Shown here: positions 48,876-58,887 of the stretch, one piece after another
How the letters are laid out: every line of letters begins with the position of its first letter
How positions within the stretch are numbered: position 1 is the stretch's first letter
Assembly (NCBI GenBank): GCA_039931165.1
Contig: JBDTSL010000004.1
Coordinates: forward strand, 21,028 to 85,027
Direction: 5' to 3'
From: Candidatus Doudnabacteria bacterium
Lineage (GTDB): Bacteria; Patescibacteriota; Doudnabacteria; UBA920; O2-02-FULL-48-8
Length of the DNA: 64,000 bases
Program-made: the position numbers and the translations under genes
The notes under the pieces: generated by a model
What the model was told of the DNA's origin: nothing
What the model saw: the letters and a program-made list of their open reading frames with translations, nothing else
Database searches by the model: none

Positions 48876-49388
48876 TTAAGACAAGCGGCGTTTTTTAATG
48901 ATGACATCGACTTTTCTGGGAGCTGTTTTGGCCGCTTTTTCGATCAGCCAGGAGCTGGACTGGATCTTGCCGCCGGCGCCGACATTATAAACCATTTTTA
49001 TGCCGTATCTTTGGCATACCGCCAGATCCCGGTTCAGCGAAGAGGAGCGGTTTCGGGCATCCTGAATATTGCGGTCGCCGCCGTTGGCGAAAATATCCGG
49101 CTTGAGCCTGCGCAATTCCTCGCTTACGCTCATATCTTCGGGATCGTGTTTATGTCCGGAAACCAATACCTCATCCACGTATTTGATTGCTTCCAAAACT
49201 TCTTTGCGCTCTTTCACGGTCATGAATGTGAACTTTTTTTTCTTCAGAAGCCAGTTATCGTTGTTTAATATCACCACCAGAACATCGCCCAAATCTTTGG
49301 CTTCTTTTAGCATCCGGATATGGCCAGGATGGATCGGATCAAATCCGCCGGACACCGCGACCACCTTTGGTTTTTTATTCTGGGTCAT
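48876..49388 (-). CDS. Cytidylyltransferase-family nucleotidyltransferase
   Basis: SGGFDPIHPGH (HxGH), FANGGDR, KIQSSS. Confidence 0.85.
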   Translation of the reverse strand: MTQNKKPKVVAVSGGFDPIHPGHIRMLKEAKDLGDVLVVILNNDNWLLKKKKFTFMTVKERKEVLEAIKYVDEVLVSGHKHDPEDMSVSEELRRLKPDIFANGGDRNIQDARNRSSSLNRDLAVCQRYGIKMVYNVGAGGKIQSSSWLIEKAAKTAPRKVDVIIKKRRLS

Positions 49389-49950
49389 AAACCTCGTCAA
49401 TCAGCTTCTTAGTTAAAAATCTGGGCAATCCCATGACCGTGCCTTTCTCGCCCTCAATGTACGCAATGTATGGCTTGATCGGCGGATCATCCGGATGAAA
49501 CGCGCCGGCGAAATCAAAAATTCGTCCGAGCTTTATCATTTCTTCAATGAGATTATGTGGTATTTTTTGAAAGTATACTTTTGCGGAATCGACTCCCTGA
49601 ACCGATCTGCCGTTGCCGGTATTTGTCACCACAACGCCACAAATTACTTCCGCAGGAAGCAAGCCGTAAGACTGCAGCATTTCCCGCGCCTCATAATCAC
49701 TGCCGGGTTTTTCATAGAGCCTGCCGTCGTGCAGAACAATCGTATCACACGTGATCAAAAGAGCCGGCTGGGTGATCTGCTGCCTTAGATTTTCGGCCTT
49801 AGCCGAGGCGAGCATAAGAGGCAATAACCGCAAATCTTCGGACCGGATCATTTTTTCGTCAATCTGTGGCCTGAGGACATCAAACCGATACCCCCAATCC
49901 GAAAGCAATTTTTGGCGCCTTGGTGAGCTGGAACCCAGAATCATTTTCAT
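49375..49950 (-). CDS. maf: Maf-family nucleotide pyrophosphatase
   Basis: ILGSSSPRR, IDEK, CDT, EKP, VMGLP. Confidence 0.9.
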   Translation of the reverse strand: MKMILGSSSPRRQKLLSDWGYRFDVLRPQIDEKMIRSEDLRLLPLMLASAKAENLRQQITQPALLITCDTIVLHDGRLYEKPGSDYEAREMLQSYGLLPAEVICGVVVTNTGNGRSVQGVDSAKVYFQKIPHNLIEEMIKLGRIFDFAGAFHPDDPPIKPYIAYIEGEKGTVMGLPRFLTKKLIDEVYDPE

Positions 49951-49993
49951 GTGTTTATTTTAGCATTTTATTTGACTTCTCGGAATCAGCGGA

Positions 49994-50338
49994 TCATATA
50001 TTATAAGTTTTTGTAAAATAAATAAAAATCAAGGCCAAAGCCACGAATACCGCGATTCCTATGCCTATCGCTTTATTGGCTCCAATTTTGTCTGAATAAT
50101 AATATATCACGAACATATAAGGCAGCCAGGCCACGATAGTCCCTAGCAGGACAAACAGGGAATGCTTGGATACAGCCTTGTTTCCGGACACTCTGGCAAT
50201 AAAAAGATACGATATCCAGGTCGAGACCGGGAATAACGCCGCCAGCCTGGAAATAGTCGGCCAACCTGAGTTCGCAAAATAAGTAATTATCGTGGTTACC
50301 GCGCCGCCAACAATAAAAACCAACAAATATTCTTTCAT
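49994..50338 (-). CDS. Small 4-TM membrane protein (DUF3147-like)
   Basis: FIVGG..LAALFP pattern; hydrophobic. Confidence 0.6.
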   Translation of the reverse strand: MKEYLLVFIVGGAVTTIITYFANSGWPTISRLAALFPVSTWISYLFIARVSGNKAVSKHSLFVLLGTIVAWLPYMFVIYYYSDKIGANKAIGIGIAVFVALALIFIYFTKTYNI

Positions 50339-50349
50339 TTATAATATTT

Positions 50350-51291
50350 TTACTTATCCCATACAAATCCCCGTCCGAAATGCCCCCAAACCGCGGTCTG
50401 GGCGTAACCTGTCTTATCAAGTTTTAACAAAGTCCTGATCCCGCCCGGCGACAAATCATATTCTTCAGGAAACTTCACTTCCTTGCTGTCCAGTAAGAGT
50501 GTTTTCATTACCGGTTGGGGCTTTCCGATGGCATAGGCAATTTTTACCAATGCTTCTTTCGCATTATTTTTTCTGACCGAATCTGCCGCGATCTTTCTCG
50601 CTATATAAGCGCCCGAGCGGTCGACTTTGGTATAATCTTTTCCCGAAAATGAGCCACCGCCAACCGGTACATTAGGGCCATAGTTATCGATAACAATTTT
50701 GCGTCCTGAAAGACCTGTGTCCGCGTCAAATCCGCCCAAGCTCCATTCGCCGGCCGGGTTTATCAAATATTCTTCTGCAGCAATTTTCGATTGAACCAAT
50801 TTTAATAACTCCGGTATTTCGGCATTTTGGAAACTGGCCACAACCGTTAGGATTTTATTTCCATCGGTTGTCACCTGTGTCTTACCGTCAAAAGGATAAA
50901 CATTATAAATTTCCCTGCAAAGATTCCGAGCCAACTCATATTCCAAGGGCATCAGGTTTTCGGTTTCATTGCAGGCATATCCGACCATAATTCCCTGGTC
51001 GCCTGCGCCTCCTGTATCCACGCCTTGGGCGATTTGCGGACTTTGGCTTGTAGCGTTAACGGTAACTTTAAAATCAGGACCTACAAGGCCCTGTACGACC
51101 CCGGATATATCCACCGAAGCTTTGCTGGTAATTTCCCCGCTGACAGTGATCATCCCGTGCCCTCCCATGACCTCCACTGCCACCCGCGCTGCTTTATCTT
51201 GCGACAAAAAAGCATCCAGGATCGAATCTGCGATAAAATCACAAATTTTATCCGGATGCTTTGGGGAAACGAATTCAGCCGTCTTGATCAT
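50350..51291 (-). CDS. metK: S-adenosylmethionine synthetase (compact form)
   Basis: HPDKICD, GAGDQG, DGKTQV, DTGLSGRK, GGGSFSGKD..KVDRS; start moved to MIKTAE. Confidence 0.93.
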   Translation of the reverse strand: MIKTAEFVSPKHPDKICDFIADSILDAFLSQDKAARVAVEVMGGHGMITVSGEITSKASVDISGVVQGLVGPDFKVTVNATSQSPQIAQGVDTGGAGDQGIMVGYACNETENLMPLEYELARNLCREIYNVYPFDGKTQVTTDGNKILTVVASFQNAEIPELLKLVQSKIAAEEYLINPAGEWSLGGFDADTGLSGRKIVIDNYGPNVPVGGGSFSGKDYTKVDRSGAYIARKIAADSVRKNNAKEALVKIAYAIGKPQPVMKTLLLDSKEVKFPEEYDLSPGGIRTLLKLDKTGYAQTAVWGHFGRGFVWDK

Positions 51292-51301
51292 ATCGAGGCT
51301 A

Positions 51302-51676
51302 TTAGACAAAAAGTTTCTCGATCTGCTTGACCACAAGATCGGGAGTCACCGCTGTTTTAACGAAATAATCCACCGCGCCCAATTCCTTGGCGCGGTTAAT
51401 TTCCTTCAGCCCCGTCAGACTGGACATCACGAAAACCGGGGTTGTGATTTTTCTTTTTTTCAGATCATCCAGAACCTCGAGCCCGTTGAACAGCGGCATC
51501 ATGAGATCCAAAAGCATGACGTCATAATGCTCCTCCGCGATCCGGCGCAAGGCATCCTTGCCATCAGCCGCCACTGCCACATCAAAGCCTTCCAGGCGGA
51601 ACCTGTTTGCCATGACATCGGCCAAAAGCAGGTCGTCTTCAACTATCAAAACGCTTTTTTTTTCTTTCAGTGCCAT
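51302..51676 (-). CDS. Single-domain response regulator
   Basis: LIVEDD, LLDLMMP, MSS, YFVK. Confidence 0.9.
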   Translation of the reverse strand: MALKEKKSVLIVEDDLLLADVMANRFRLEGFDVAVAADGKDALRRIAEEHYDVMLLDLMMPLFNGLEVLDDLKKRKITTPVFVMSSLTGLKEINRAKELGAVDYFVKTAVTPDLVVKQIEKLFV

Positions 51677-51683
51677 ATTGATA

Positions 51684-52283
51684 TTATTGTATGGGATTCG
51701 TTTGCTGCCGTCCAGTGGATAGAGTGGAGATTGAGCACAGTCCGCCCCACAACCCCAGTTTGTTGGTTCTGGCTGAAATTTCGGCGGCTAAAAATTCGGC
51801 GGATTTAGAGACATCAGGCGGATAAGGATAAGCGAAGGCGTAGCCCTGCTTGACCAGTTCCATGTTCACGAAAGTTCCGTCTTCCAGATAAACAAATCCG
51901 AGCCATCGGCCGTATTTGTCGGTTTCTTCCACGTCTTTATAAAATTTAATGGTTTTACCCTCTGCAAGTTGCTTATTTTTTTCCGCGGCTTCTTTAGCAA
52001 AGCATTGAACCGGTTTGCGCTGGTCAAATTCCTCAGGCGTATCAATGCCGACATACCTCAAATGGTCACCGTTGACCAAAACAATCGTGTCTCCGTCAAT
52101 TACTTGTGTCACTTTAATCGGGACACCATGTTCGGTTTTGATACTCTTGTCATATTTTATGCCGGACACCACCGGCAGGGTGGGTTTGACGCGGCGCTGA
52201 AAATAAACGCTTGTGACCAGCGTAAGCAATGCGATAAATAAAAATAGGAGTTTGTTTTTCACAGCATTATCTTTTTTCGGCAA
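51684..52283 (-). CDS. Membrane-anchored thermonuclease (SNase)
   Basis: VIDGDT, RYVGIDTPE, DKYGRWL, GLW. Confidence 0.9.
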   Translation of the reverse strand: MPKKDNAVKNKLLFLFIALLTLVTSVYFQRRVKPTLPVVSGIKYDKSIKTEHGVPIKVTQVIDGDTIVLVNGDHLRYVGIDTPEEFDQRKPVQCFAKEAAEKNKQLAEGKTIKFYKDVEETDKYGRWLGFVYLEDGTFVNMELVKQGYAFAYPYPPDVSKSAEFLAAEISARTNKLGLWGGLCSISTLSTGRQQTNPIQ

Positions 52284-54894
52284 TACGTTTTTGGTGTTCA
52301 GATGTATTCAAAAGCCCGCACTTCTTCCATTTCTTTCCTGAACCGCAAGGGCAAGGATCGTTGCGGCCGATCCCAGCGCTCAGCGCTGAGCGCTCAGCGC
52401 TGACAGTTGGCTGCGCCACAACATCAACTTTAAAGATCGTGAATGCGATCTGCCGGTTTATCTCATTCAAAAGTTTTTGGAACAATTGATACCCTTCGTT
52501 CTTGAATTCCTGTAAAGGATCCCTCTGGCCGTAGCCGCGCAGTCTTACGGAATCGCGCAAGTGTTCGATAGTATCCAGATGTTCCTGCCACAATGTATCG
52601 ATTGAGCGCAAATAAACCATCTTCTCTAATTGATTCATTACATCAGATCCAAGTTTTTCCTGCTTGCGCTTATATTCCCTTTCCGCGATCTGGACAAAGT
52701 GATTTATCAATTCAATTGAATCTTTCGAGTCAATTATATCTGATGGCTGCATCGGTAAAAATCCTGCCAGCTCCTGGTGCAGTTGCTCCAAATTCACTTC
52801 TTCCGCCGTCAGAGTAAAATTAACCAATTCGGTTATTTCTTTTTCCATTGATCCCAAAATTTCTTCAGCCAAAGATTCTTTGCGGTTCAGAACATCCTTA
52901 CGTTTGCCGTAAATTATAGTCCGCTGCTTGTTCATGACATCGTCATATTCCAGGACGTGTTTGCGTGTATCGAAGTTCAGGCCCTCGATCTTCTTTTGCG
53001 CCGATTCGATGGATCTGGAGATCAGGCCATGCTCGATCGGCTGATCATCCGGAATTCCCAAAGTCTCCATCATTTTCTGTACGCGTTCGCCGCCGAACAG
53101 CCTCATCAGGTCATCCTCCAAAGATAAAAAGAACTGCGAGGAACCGGGATCGCCTTGGCGACCCGCGCGTCCGCGCAATTGGTTATCGATACGCCTGGAT
53201 TCATGCCGCTCAGTGCCGATCACAGCCAGTCCCCCCAGCGATTTGATCTGTTCCTGCTGTTTCGGGTCCGGAATACTTCCGCCCAAAATAATGTCCACAC
53301 CTCGGCCGGCAATATTTGTCGCCAAAGTAACCGCGCCCAAACGACCTGCCTGCGCGATAATATGGGCTTCCCGTTCGTTATTCTTGGCATTCAAGGTCTC
53401 ATGAGCCACACCTGCGTTTGCCAGAAGCTGTGAGAGCATTTCGTTTCTCTCTATCGAGATCGTGCCGATCAAGATCGGCCTGCCGGCTTTGTTTAGTTCT
53501 TTGATCGTTCTTATAAGGGCAGTCCACTTCCCTTCCGCGTTTTTATAAACCTGGTCCGTTAAATCCGCGCGGACCATGGGTTTGTTGGTCGGGATCTGGA
53601 CCACTTCCAATTTATAAATTTTATGGAACTCCTCGGCCTCAGTCTCGGCAGTGCCGGTCATGCCGGAGAGTTTATGGTAGAGCCGGAACAAGTTTTGGAA
53701 CGTTATAGTAGCAAGAGTTTTGCTTTCTTGCTGAATTTTCACCGGCTGCCTGTAAACCGCGTTCTCCTTGGCCTCGATCGACTGGTGCAAGCCCTCCGAA
53801 TACCTGCGGCCGTACATCATGCGCCCCGTAAATTCATCAACTATGACTATTTCCCCTGACTTCACCACATACTGCTGGTCTCTTTTATATAGTTCCTTGG
53901 CGCGCAAGGCATTTTCATTATGGTGGACCAGCGCCACATCACTGTACAAATTCGGAACGTTCAAAATTTTCTCCAGTTTTGTAATACCTTTATCGTTTAT
54001 CATCACGGCTTTGTGCTTTTCGTCCACAGTGTAATCCTCATCCTTCATCAGCTTCTCGGCAGCTTTGGCGAATTCCAAGTATTTTTCGGTTGGATCAGTG
54101 TCAGGAGCCGAGATGATCAAAGGGGTACGCGCTTCATCAATCAAGATTGAATCGACTTCGTCCACAATCGCGTAAAACAAATCCCGCTGGACCATCTGTT
54201 CTTTGGACCAAACCATATTATCGCGCAAATAGTCAAAACCATATTCATTGTTCGTGCCATATACAATATCCGCGGCATAAGCGGCCCTGCGTCCGATCGG
54301 CCGCATGTCTTTGACATCCAAAACCAAACCCTGCACCTGCGACTCGACGTTCTTTATCTCTTCTTCGTCAGGAGCATACGCCGGGTCATACAGAAAAGCC
54401 TGCTCATGCTGGATGGAGGCCACCGATAAACCCAAATAATGATAGATTTGCCCCATCCAGGAAGCCTGCCAGCGGGCCAAATAGTCATTGACCGTGATCA
54501 GATGCACTCCGCGGCCGGCCAAAGCATTCAGATACATCGGCAGCGTCGCAACCAAGGTTTTTCCTTCTCCGGTCCGCATTTCCGCGATCGAACCTTCGTG
54601 CAGGACCATGCCGCCGAGAAGCTGGACATCATAATGTCTCTGTCCGATGGTTCGTTTGGCAGCTTCTCTTACCGAAGCAAACGCCTGCGGCAATATTTCG
54701 TCAAGATATTTTTTTGTCTCTATCAAATCTAAAGACGCCAGATCGGATTTCCATTTGGCAGTAAGTTCCTTCAGCTGGTCCTGCGACTTGGTCTCAAATT
54801 CTTTTTCTAGCGCGTTGATCTCGTCAACTTTCTTGCCCAGGCGCTTGACCACAGATTCGTTTGAAGAACTGAATAGATTGGATAAAAATGACAT
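52267..54894 (-). CDS. secA: Protein translocase ATPase SecA
   Basis: MRTGEGKT, DEVDSILIDEARTPLIIS, QLRGRAGRQG, GRNDPCPCGSGKKWKKC; start moved to MSFLSN. Confidence 0.97.
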   Translation of the reverse strand: MSFLSNLFSSSNESVVKRLGKKVDEINALEKEFETKSQDQLKELTAKWKSDLASLDLIETKKYLDEILPQAFASVREAAKRTIGQRHYDVQLLGGMVLHEGSIAEMRTGEGKTLVATLPMYLNALAGRGVHLITVNDYLARWQASWMGQIYHYLGLSVASIQHEQAFLYDPAYAPDEEEIKNVESQVQGLVLDVKDMRPIGRRAAYAADIVYGTNNEYGFDYLRDNMVWSKEQMVQRDLFYAIVDEVDSILIDEARTPLIISAPDTDPTEKYLEFAKAAEKLMKDEDYTVDEKHKAVMINDKGITKLEKILNVPNLYSDVALVHHNENALRAKELYKRDQQYVVKSGEIVIVDEFTGRMMYGRRYSEGLHQSIEAKENAVYRQPVKIQQESKTLATITFQNLFRLYHKLSGMTGTAETEAEEFHKIYKLEVVQIPTNKPMVRADLTDQVYKNAEGKWTALIRTIKELNKAGRPILIGTISIERNEMLSQLLANAGVAHETLNAKNNEREAHIIAQAGRLGAVTLATNIAGRGVDIILGGSIPDPKQQEQIKSLGGLAVIGTERHESRRIDNQLRGRAGRQGDPGSSQFFLSLEDDLMRLFGGERVQKMMETLGIPDDQPIEHGLISRSIESAQKKIEGLNFDTRKHVLEYDDVMNKQRTIIYGKRKDVLNRKESLAEEILGSMEKEITELVNFTLTAEEVNLEQLHQELAGFLPMQPSDIIDSKDSIELINHFVQIAEREYKRKQEKLGSDVMNQLEKMVYLRSIDTLWQEHLDTIEHLRDSVRLRGYGQRDPLQEFKNEGYQLFQKLLNEINRQIAFTIFKVDVVAQPTVSAERSALSAGIGRNDPCPCGSGKKWKKCGLLNTSEHQKRIAEKR

Positions 54895-54972
54895 AAAAGC
54901 TTGCTTAGTATACCAACTTATGACCATTTTGAAAAGAATAAAAAACCGCCCCGACAAGTCAGGACGGTTCTC

Positions 54973-55890
54973 TTATTTCAGTGCTTTTGCCTTGTACTTA
55001 TACAAGATCATCTTCATTAATAGCTTGGCGGCCATGAAGTCAGGAGCTTGAAGTCCTTTGATCGGGGCAAGCTCAACCAAGTCCATGCCGACAATATTTT
55101 TTCTTTTACAAACTTCGCGGATGATGGGCAAAATCTCGTCCCAAAAAGGCCCTCCTGGTTCCGGCGTGCCGGTGGAAGGGATCATGGCAGCGTCGAAGCA
55201 GTCAATGTCAAAACTAAGATAAACATTCTCTCCCAAGCTGTTTACGATCTCATCTATCTTCCAGCTCTTGCGGTCGCGCGCCAAAAAAACTTTCACGCGG
55301 TCAGGATTGCTCTGCCAAAATTCGTATTCCAATTTATTAAAATTCCTGATGCCCACCAGAGTAGCTTTCTTGATATTCGGTAAGCCTAAGGAATATTTCA
55401 ACCACGCCGCATGAGTGAATGGATTAAGCGACCACCTGTCTCCCAGATCTAAATGCGAATCGAAAACTAAAACCGATACTTCTTTATATTTTTCATTCAA
55501 AGCCTGGGCAAATCCGTAGCTGATCGAGTGCTCCCCGCCGATCACAACAGGTAATTTTTTGGCGTCAATAATTTCACTGACAATTTTTTTCAGAAGTGCG
55601 CAGGCGGCTTCCGGCTCTTTCGGCAGTTCGGGCTGATGTGTGGTCCAAAACTTGATCTGGTTTTGTATATCATCCAGCAATTCATCGTCAAATGTTTCCA
55701 CCTGATACGAGGCTTCGATCAAACCCGCCGGGCCTTTATCCGTCCCATGCCCAAAAGTCACCGTACCTTCATAACCGAAAGGCACTATAACAGCATCTGA
55801 TGAATCAAAAGTAATCTCGGGCTTAACGCCGAGATTAAAGATGTCCAAGAAAGGCTTAGGTTGATATGCTTTTTTAAGATCAAATATCAT
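54973..55890 (-). CDS. speB: Agmatinase (ureohydrolase)
   Basis: GGEHS, FDSHLD, SFDIDCFD, TGTPEPGG, DLVEL. Confidence 0.9.
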   Translation of the reverse strand: MIFDLKKAYQPKPFLDIFNLGVKPEITFDSSDAVIVPFGYEGTVTFGHGTDKGPAGLIEASYQVETFDDELLDDIQNQIKFWTTHQPELPKEPEAACALLKKIVSEIIDAKKLPVVIGGEHSISYGFAQALNEKYKEVSVLVFDSHLDLGDRWSLNPFTHAAWLKYSLGLPNIKKATLVGIRNFNKLEYEFWQSNPDRVKVFLARDRKSWKIDEIVNSLGENVYLSFDIDCFDAAMIPSTGTPEPGGPFWDEILPIIREVCKRKNIVGMDLVELAPIKGLQAPDFMAAKLLMKMILYKYKAKALK

Positions 55891-56855
55891 TGATTCAAAA
55901 CGTAAGCAAAAATCAGAGGTGCCACGATAGTCGCGTCAGACTCGATAACAAATCGAGGGGTGGTCACATCCAGCTTGCCCCAGGTAATTTTCTCATTGGG
56001 CACGGCTCCCGAATACGAACCATAAGAAGTAGTAGAATCCGATATCTGGCAAAAATAGCCCCACAGTTTGCATTTTTCCCGTAGATCCTGTTGGATCAAC
56101 GGCACGACGCAAATTGGAAAATCTCCCACAATTCCCCCGCCGATCTGGAAAAAACCAATATCTGAATCCTTGGAATTTTGTTTATACCAGTCGATCAAAT
56201 ACGCCATTTGTTCCATTCCTGATTTCACCACGCCGTAATCTGATACTTCCTTGCGTATGACGTTTGCCACAAATATATTGCCTAATGTGCAATCCTCCCA
56301 GCCCGGGGTAAAAATCGGGATATTTTTCTCGCAGGCGGCCAGAACCCAGGAATTCTTCGGATCGATCTGGTAAAATTCCTTCAGTACGCCGCCGCGAATG
56401 AGCTGATACATAAACTCCCAAGGGAAATATCTCTCCCCTGCCTTATCAGCGTTCTTCCAAAATTTGAGGACCAACCGTTCGATCCGACGCATTGCTTCTT
56501 CCTCAGGAATACAGGTGTCAGTGACGCGGTTAAGGTTGTTTTTCAGCAGATCGACCTCATCCTGATCCGAAAGATTTCGGTAATTAGGTATCCTTTTATA
56601 GTGATCGTGAGCGATCAAATTAAAAATATCTTCTTCCAGGTTATTCGCGCTGCATGATATGGCGTGAATTTTGTCCTGGCGGATCATTTCAGCCAAAGAC
56701 AAGCCTAACTCAGCAGTGCTCATGGCTCCGCCCATGGCCAAAAACATCTTGCCGCCTTTTTCCAAATGCTTGACATATGCTTCAGAGGCGTCCACCACAA
56801 CCGCGGAATTGAAATGGCGGTAATGGTGTTTGATAAAATCTTTTATCGGTCCCAT
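55887..56855 (-). CDS. Deoxyhypusine synthase-like protein
   Basis: GAMSTAELG, NLEED, IGGG, SYSGAVPNEKITWGK with catalytic Lys, SDATI. Confidence 0.88.
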   Translation of the reverse strand: MGPIKDFIKHHYRHFNSAVVVDASEAYVKHLEKGGKMFLAMGGAMSTAELGLSLAEMIRQDKIHAISCSANNLEEDIFNLIAHDHYKRIPNYRNLSDQDEVDLLKNNLNRVTDTCIPEEEAMRRIERLVLKFWKNADKAGERYFPWEFMYQLIRGGVLKEFYQIDPKNSWVLAACEKNIPIFTPGWEDCTLGNIFVANVIRKEVSDYGVVKSGMEQMAYLIDWYKQNSKDSDIGFFQIGGGIVGDFPICVVPLIQQDLREKCKLWGYFCQISDSTTSYGSYSGAVPNEKITWGKLDVTTPRFVIESDATIVAPLIFAYVLNQ

Positions 56856-56908
56856 ATATTTTGGGTTAATTATGTAGCCTTTTCTTCTTTAGCAAGGCGG
56901 GCCGCCAA

Positions 56909-58276
56909 TTACCAACCGAACTGCTTGCCAACTTCTTCTGATGTCTCGCGCCGGCGCGCCAATTTGATCTCCCCGTTCTGGCAGATGATTTTTGCCGGAC
57001 TGGATAGCAGGCAATGATGCGAAGCCAGAGGGTCTTGATAAGCGCCGGTGTCATAAAACGCCACGTACAAGTCCTCGCCGTTTAGGTCCTCCATGCGCGG
57101 CATAAAAATATTACCGCCGCCAGACGTATATCTGTCGTCGGAATCACAGCTAGAACCGGCAAACCACACTGATTGCAGTTTATTTTCCTTCATATAATTG
57201 ACCGGGGTCACGTGCCATTTCCATTTGATCGACCAGGTATCCAGCAGGTCGTTCATAAAACTGCCGTCAATCACATACCACTTGCGTTTACTGCCCTCGG
57301 ACACGGCTTTTTCAGCGATGATCTTATAAATTGTGATCTGCGCCGGTGAAGCGACATATCTTCCCCATTCCACGATCAGATTGGGGTGCTTCAGGTTATT
57401 TTTATCGCAGAATTTCTTGGCCACGCGCACGATCTGATTGATCGCGGTCTTCGCCGAATAGAACTTTCCCTTCTTTTCATAGGGAACGCCGGCGCCTCCG
57501 CCCAGATCGATCGTATCCAGCCCGGGATTGGTTTTTTTCAGTTCTTTAAAAATTTCCAAAGCCCGCTTGAACGGATGAACCAGGCCGTCTACGCGTTCTA
57601 TCTGTGAGGAGATATGATAGTGCAAAACACTCAAATTCCTGATCTTGCCGATTTTCAAAATTTCGTCCTCTTGAAACCCATAACGGTTAAAATGTTTATC
57701 CCAATGAGATCTGACCTTGACATTCATATTCAGACGGATACCGGTTTCGCCTTTGAATTTTTTGAACCGCTCAAGTTCTTTATAATCTTCAATGATCGGA
57801 ATGACCGTAAGTCCTTTGGCTTTCAGCTCTTCGATCAGTTTAATGTAGGCCTCATTTTTCGGCCCGTTGCAGATTACGCGGATCTTAGGGTTGAATTTTT
57901 CCTGCTCGAGCATGCGCTTGACCAGCCATAATTCATTCACGGAAGCCACATCGAAATGCCCACCTTCGGAAACGACAGGCAATACGAATTCCTTGTTCTG
58001 ATTGACCTTCATGGCGTAGTGGTAATAAAACCGGCCTTTATAGCCATGCAGCTTGATGTAGGCGTTGAAAATGTCGATCAGATCGCGGACTCGGCTCTCC
58101 AAAATGTGGGGGAAGACAACCTCAAGAGGCGAACCGTATTTTTTTATGAGTTCGAAAATATTGTATTGGTAATTTCCTTCTTTGACGACCAGCTTCCCGT
58201 CCCTGGTGATGTCAAATGGTTGAGTATTGTACTCCTCGACTCCGAGTTTCCAAAACCGTTTGAAATTTTTTTGCAA
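56909..58276 (-). CDS. speA: Arginine decarboxylase (fold-type III PLP)
   Basis: YAMKVNQ, CNGPK, HYHISSQ, DLGGG, EWGRY, CDSDD, GAYQD; TTG start. Confidence 0.8.
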   Translation of the reverse strand: MQKNFKRFWKLGVEEYNTQPFDITRDGKLVVKEGNYQYNIFELIKKYGSPLEVVFPHILESRVRDLIDIFNAYIKLHGYKGRFYYHYAMKVNQNKEFVLPVVSEGGHFDVASVNELWLVKRMLEQEKFNPKIRVICNGPKNEAYIKLIEELKAKGLTVIPIIEDYKELERFKKFKGETGIRLNMNVKVRSHWDKHFNRYGFQEDEILKIGKIRNLSVLHYHISSQIERVDGLVHPFKRALEIFKELKKTNPGLDTIDLGGGAGVPYEKKGKFYSAKTAINQIVRVAKKFCDKNNLKHPNLIVEWGRYVASPAQITIYKIIAEKAVSEGSKRKWYVIDGSFMNDLLDTWSIKWKWHVTPVNYMKENKLQSVWFAGSSCDSDDRYTSGGGNIFMPRMEDLNGEDLYVAFYDTGAYQDPLASHHCLLSSPAKIICQNGEIKLARRRETSEEVGKQFGW

Positions 58277-58372
58277 CTAGATCTTTCGGGATTGTCCGCC
58301 GACGCGTCCTCCGAAGCTTTTTGCGTAGGAGGAAATTATGAAACGAAGACGGAAAAAAATAATATCAAGTTT

Positions 58373-58400
58373 ATTTTAAACCTATTGTTCAGGTTGTCAA
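58373..58400 (-). promoter_or_regulatory. Promoter of the polyamine operon
   Basis: TTGACA-16 bp-TAAAAT on the minus strand. Confidence 0.55.
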
Positions 58401-58406
58401 GCCGGA

Positions 58407-58517
58407 TAGTAGAAATTTGACAGCCTTCGGCTTAACAAAATCAAATTTCACTACCCGATACTCGTCCGGTAGTGAAGTTCGATTATTTTTTTGCGCAAGC
58501 GAATCTAACTTCTACTA
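58407..58517. repeat. Multi-stem palindromic element
   Basis: tagtagaa/ttctacta outer stem; gaaatttga/tcaaatttc; ttcactacc/ggtagtgaa. Confidence 0.65.
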
Positions 58518-58853
58518 ACGGATTTTTCCTTTTGCTGTCCGCGCGCCCCGGCGGTATTGCGTGGTTTTTTTGTCTTTGAATTTGGCGATCTGTTCTTTCA
58601 GCTTTGGGATACATAGGTCAACCGCCGCGTAAATATCTTCAGCCTCAGCGTCCGCTCTCATCAGCTTCCCGCCCATGACCAGCATGATTTCCGCCCGGAA
58701 AACCTCGCCTTTATGATGGTGGCGGTCCCGCTCCAACTCAACCTTGCCCTCTAAAGTATGGATATATTTACTCAAATTCCCGACTTTCTCATCCACATAC
58801 CGCTTGATGGGAGAGGTTAGTTCCAGATGTGTTGCTTTAATGGCGATGTTCAT
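58515..58853 (-). CDS. hpf: Ribosome hibernation factor HPF/RaiA
   Basis: MNIAIKATHLELT..YVDEK, DIYAAVD..KLKEQIAKFKDK. Confidence 0.9.
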   Translation of the reverse strand: MNIAIKATHLELTSPIKRYVDEKVGNLSKYIHTLEGKVELERDRHHHKGEVFRAEIMLVMGGKLMRADAEAEDIYAAVDLCIPKLKEQIAKFKDKKTTQYRRGARTAKGKIR

Positions 58854-58887
58854 AGTTTTACGAATTTACTGATTATCACAAAATGAC

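Noticed and set aside
50969-51808. 279-aa plus-strand ORF and other long antisense ORFs (e.g. 12396-12899, 33176-33736)
   Set aside because: They lie antisense to well-supported genes and have no recognisable motifs.
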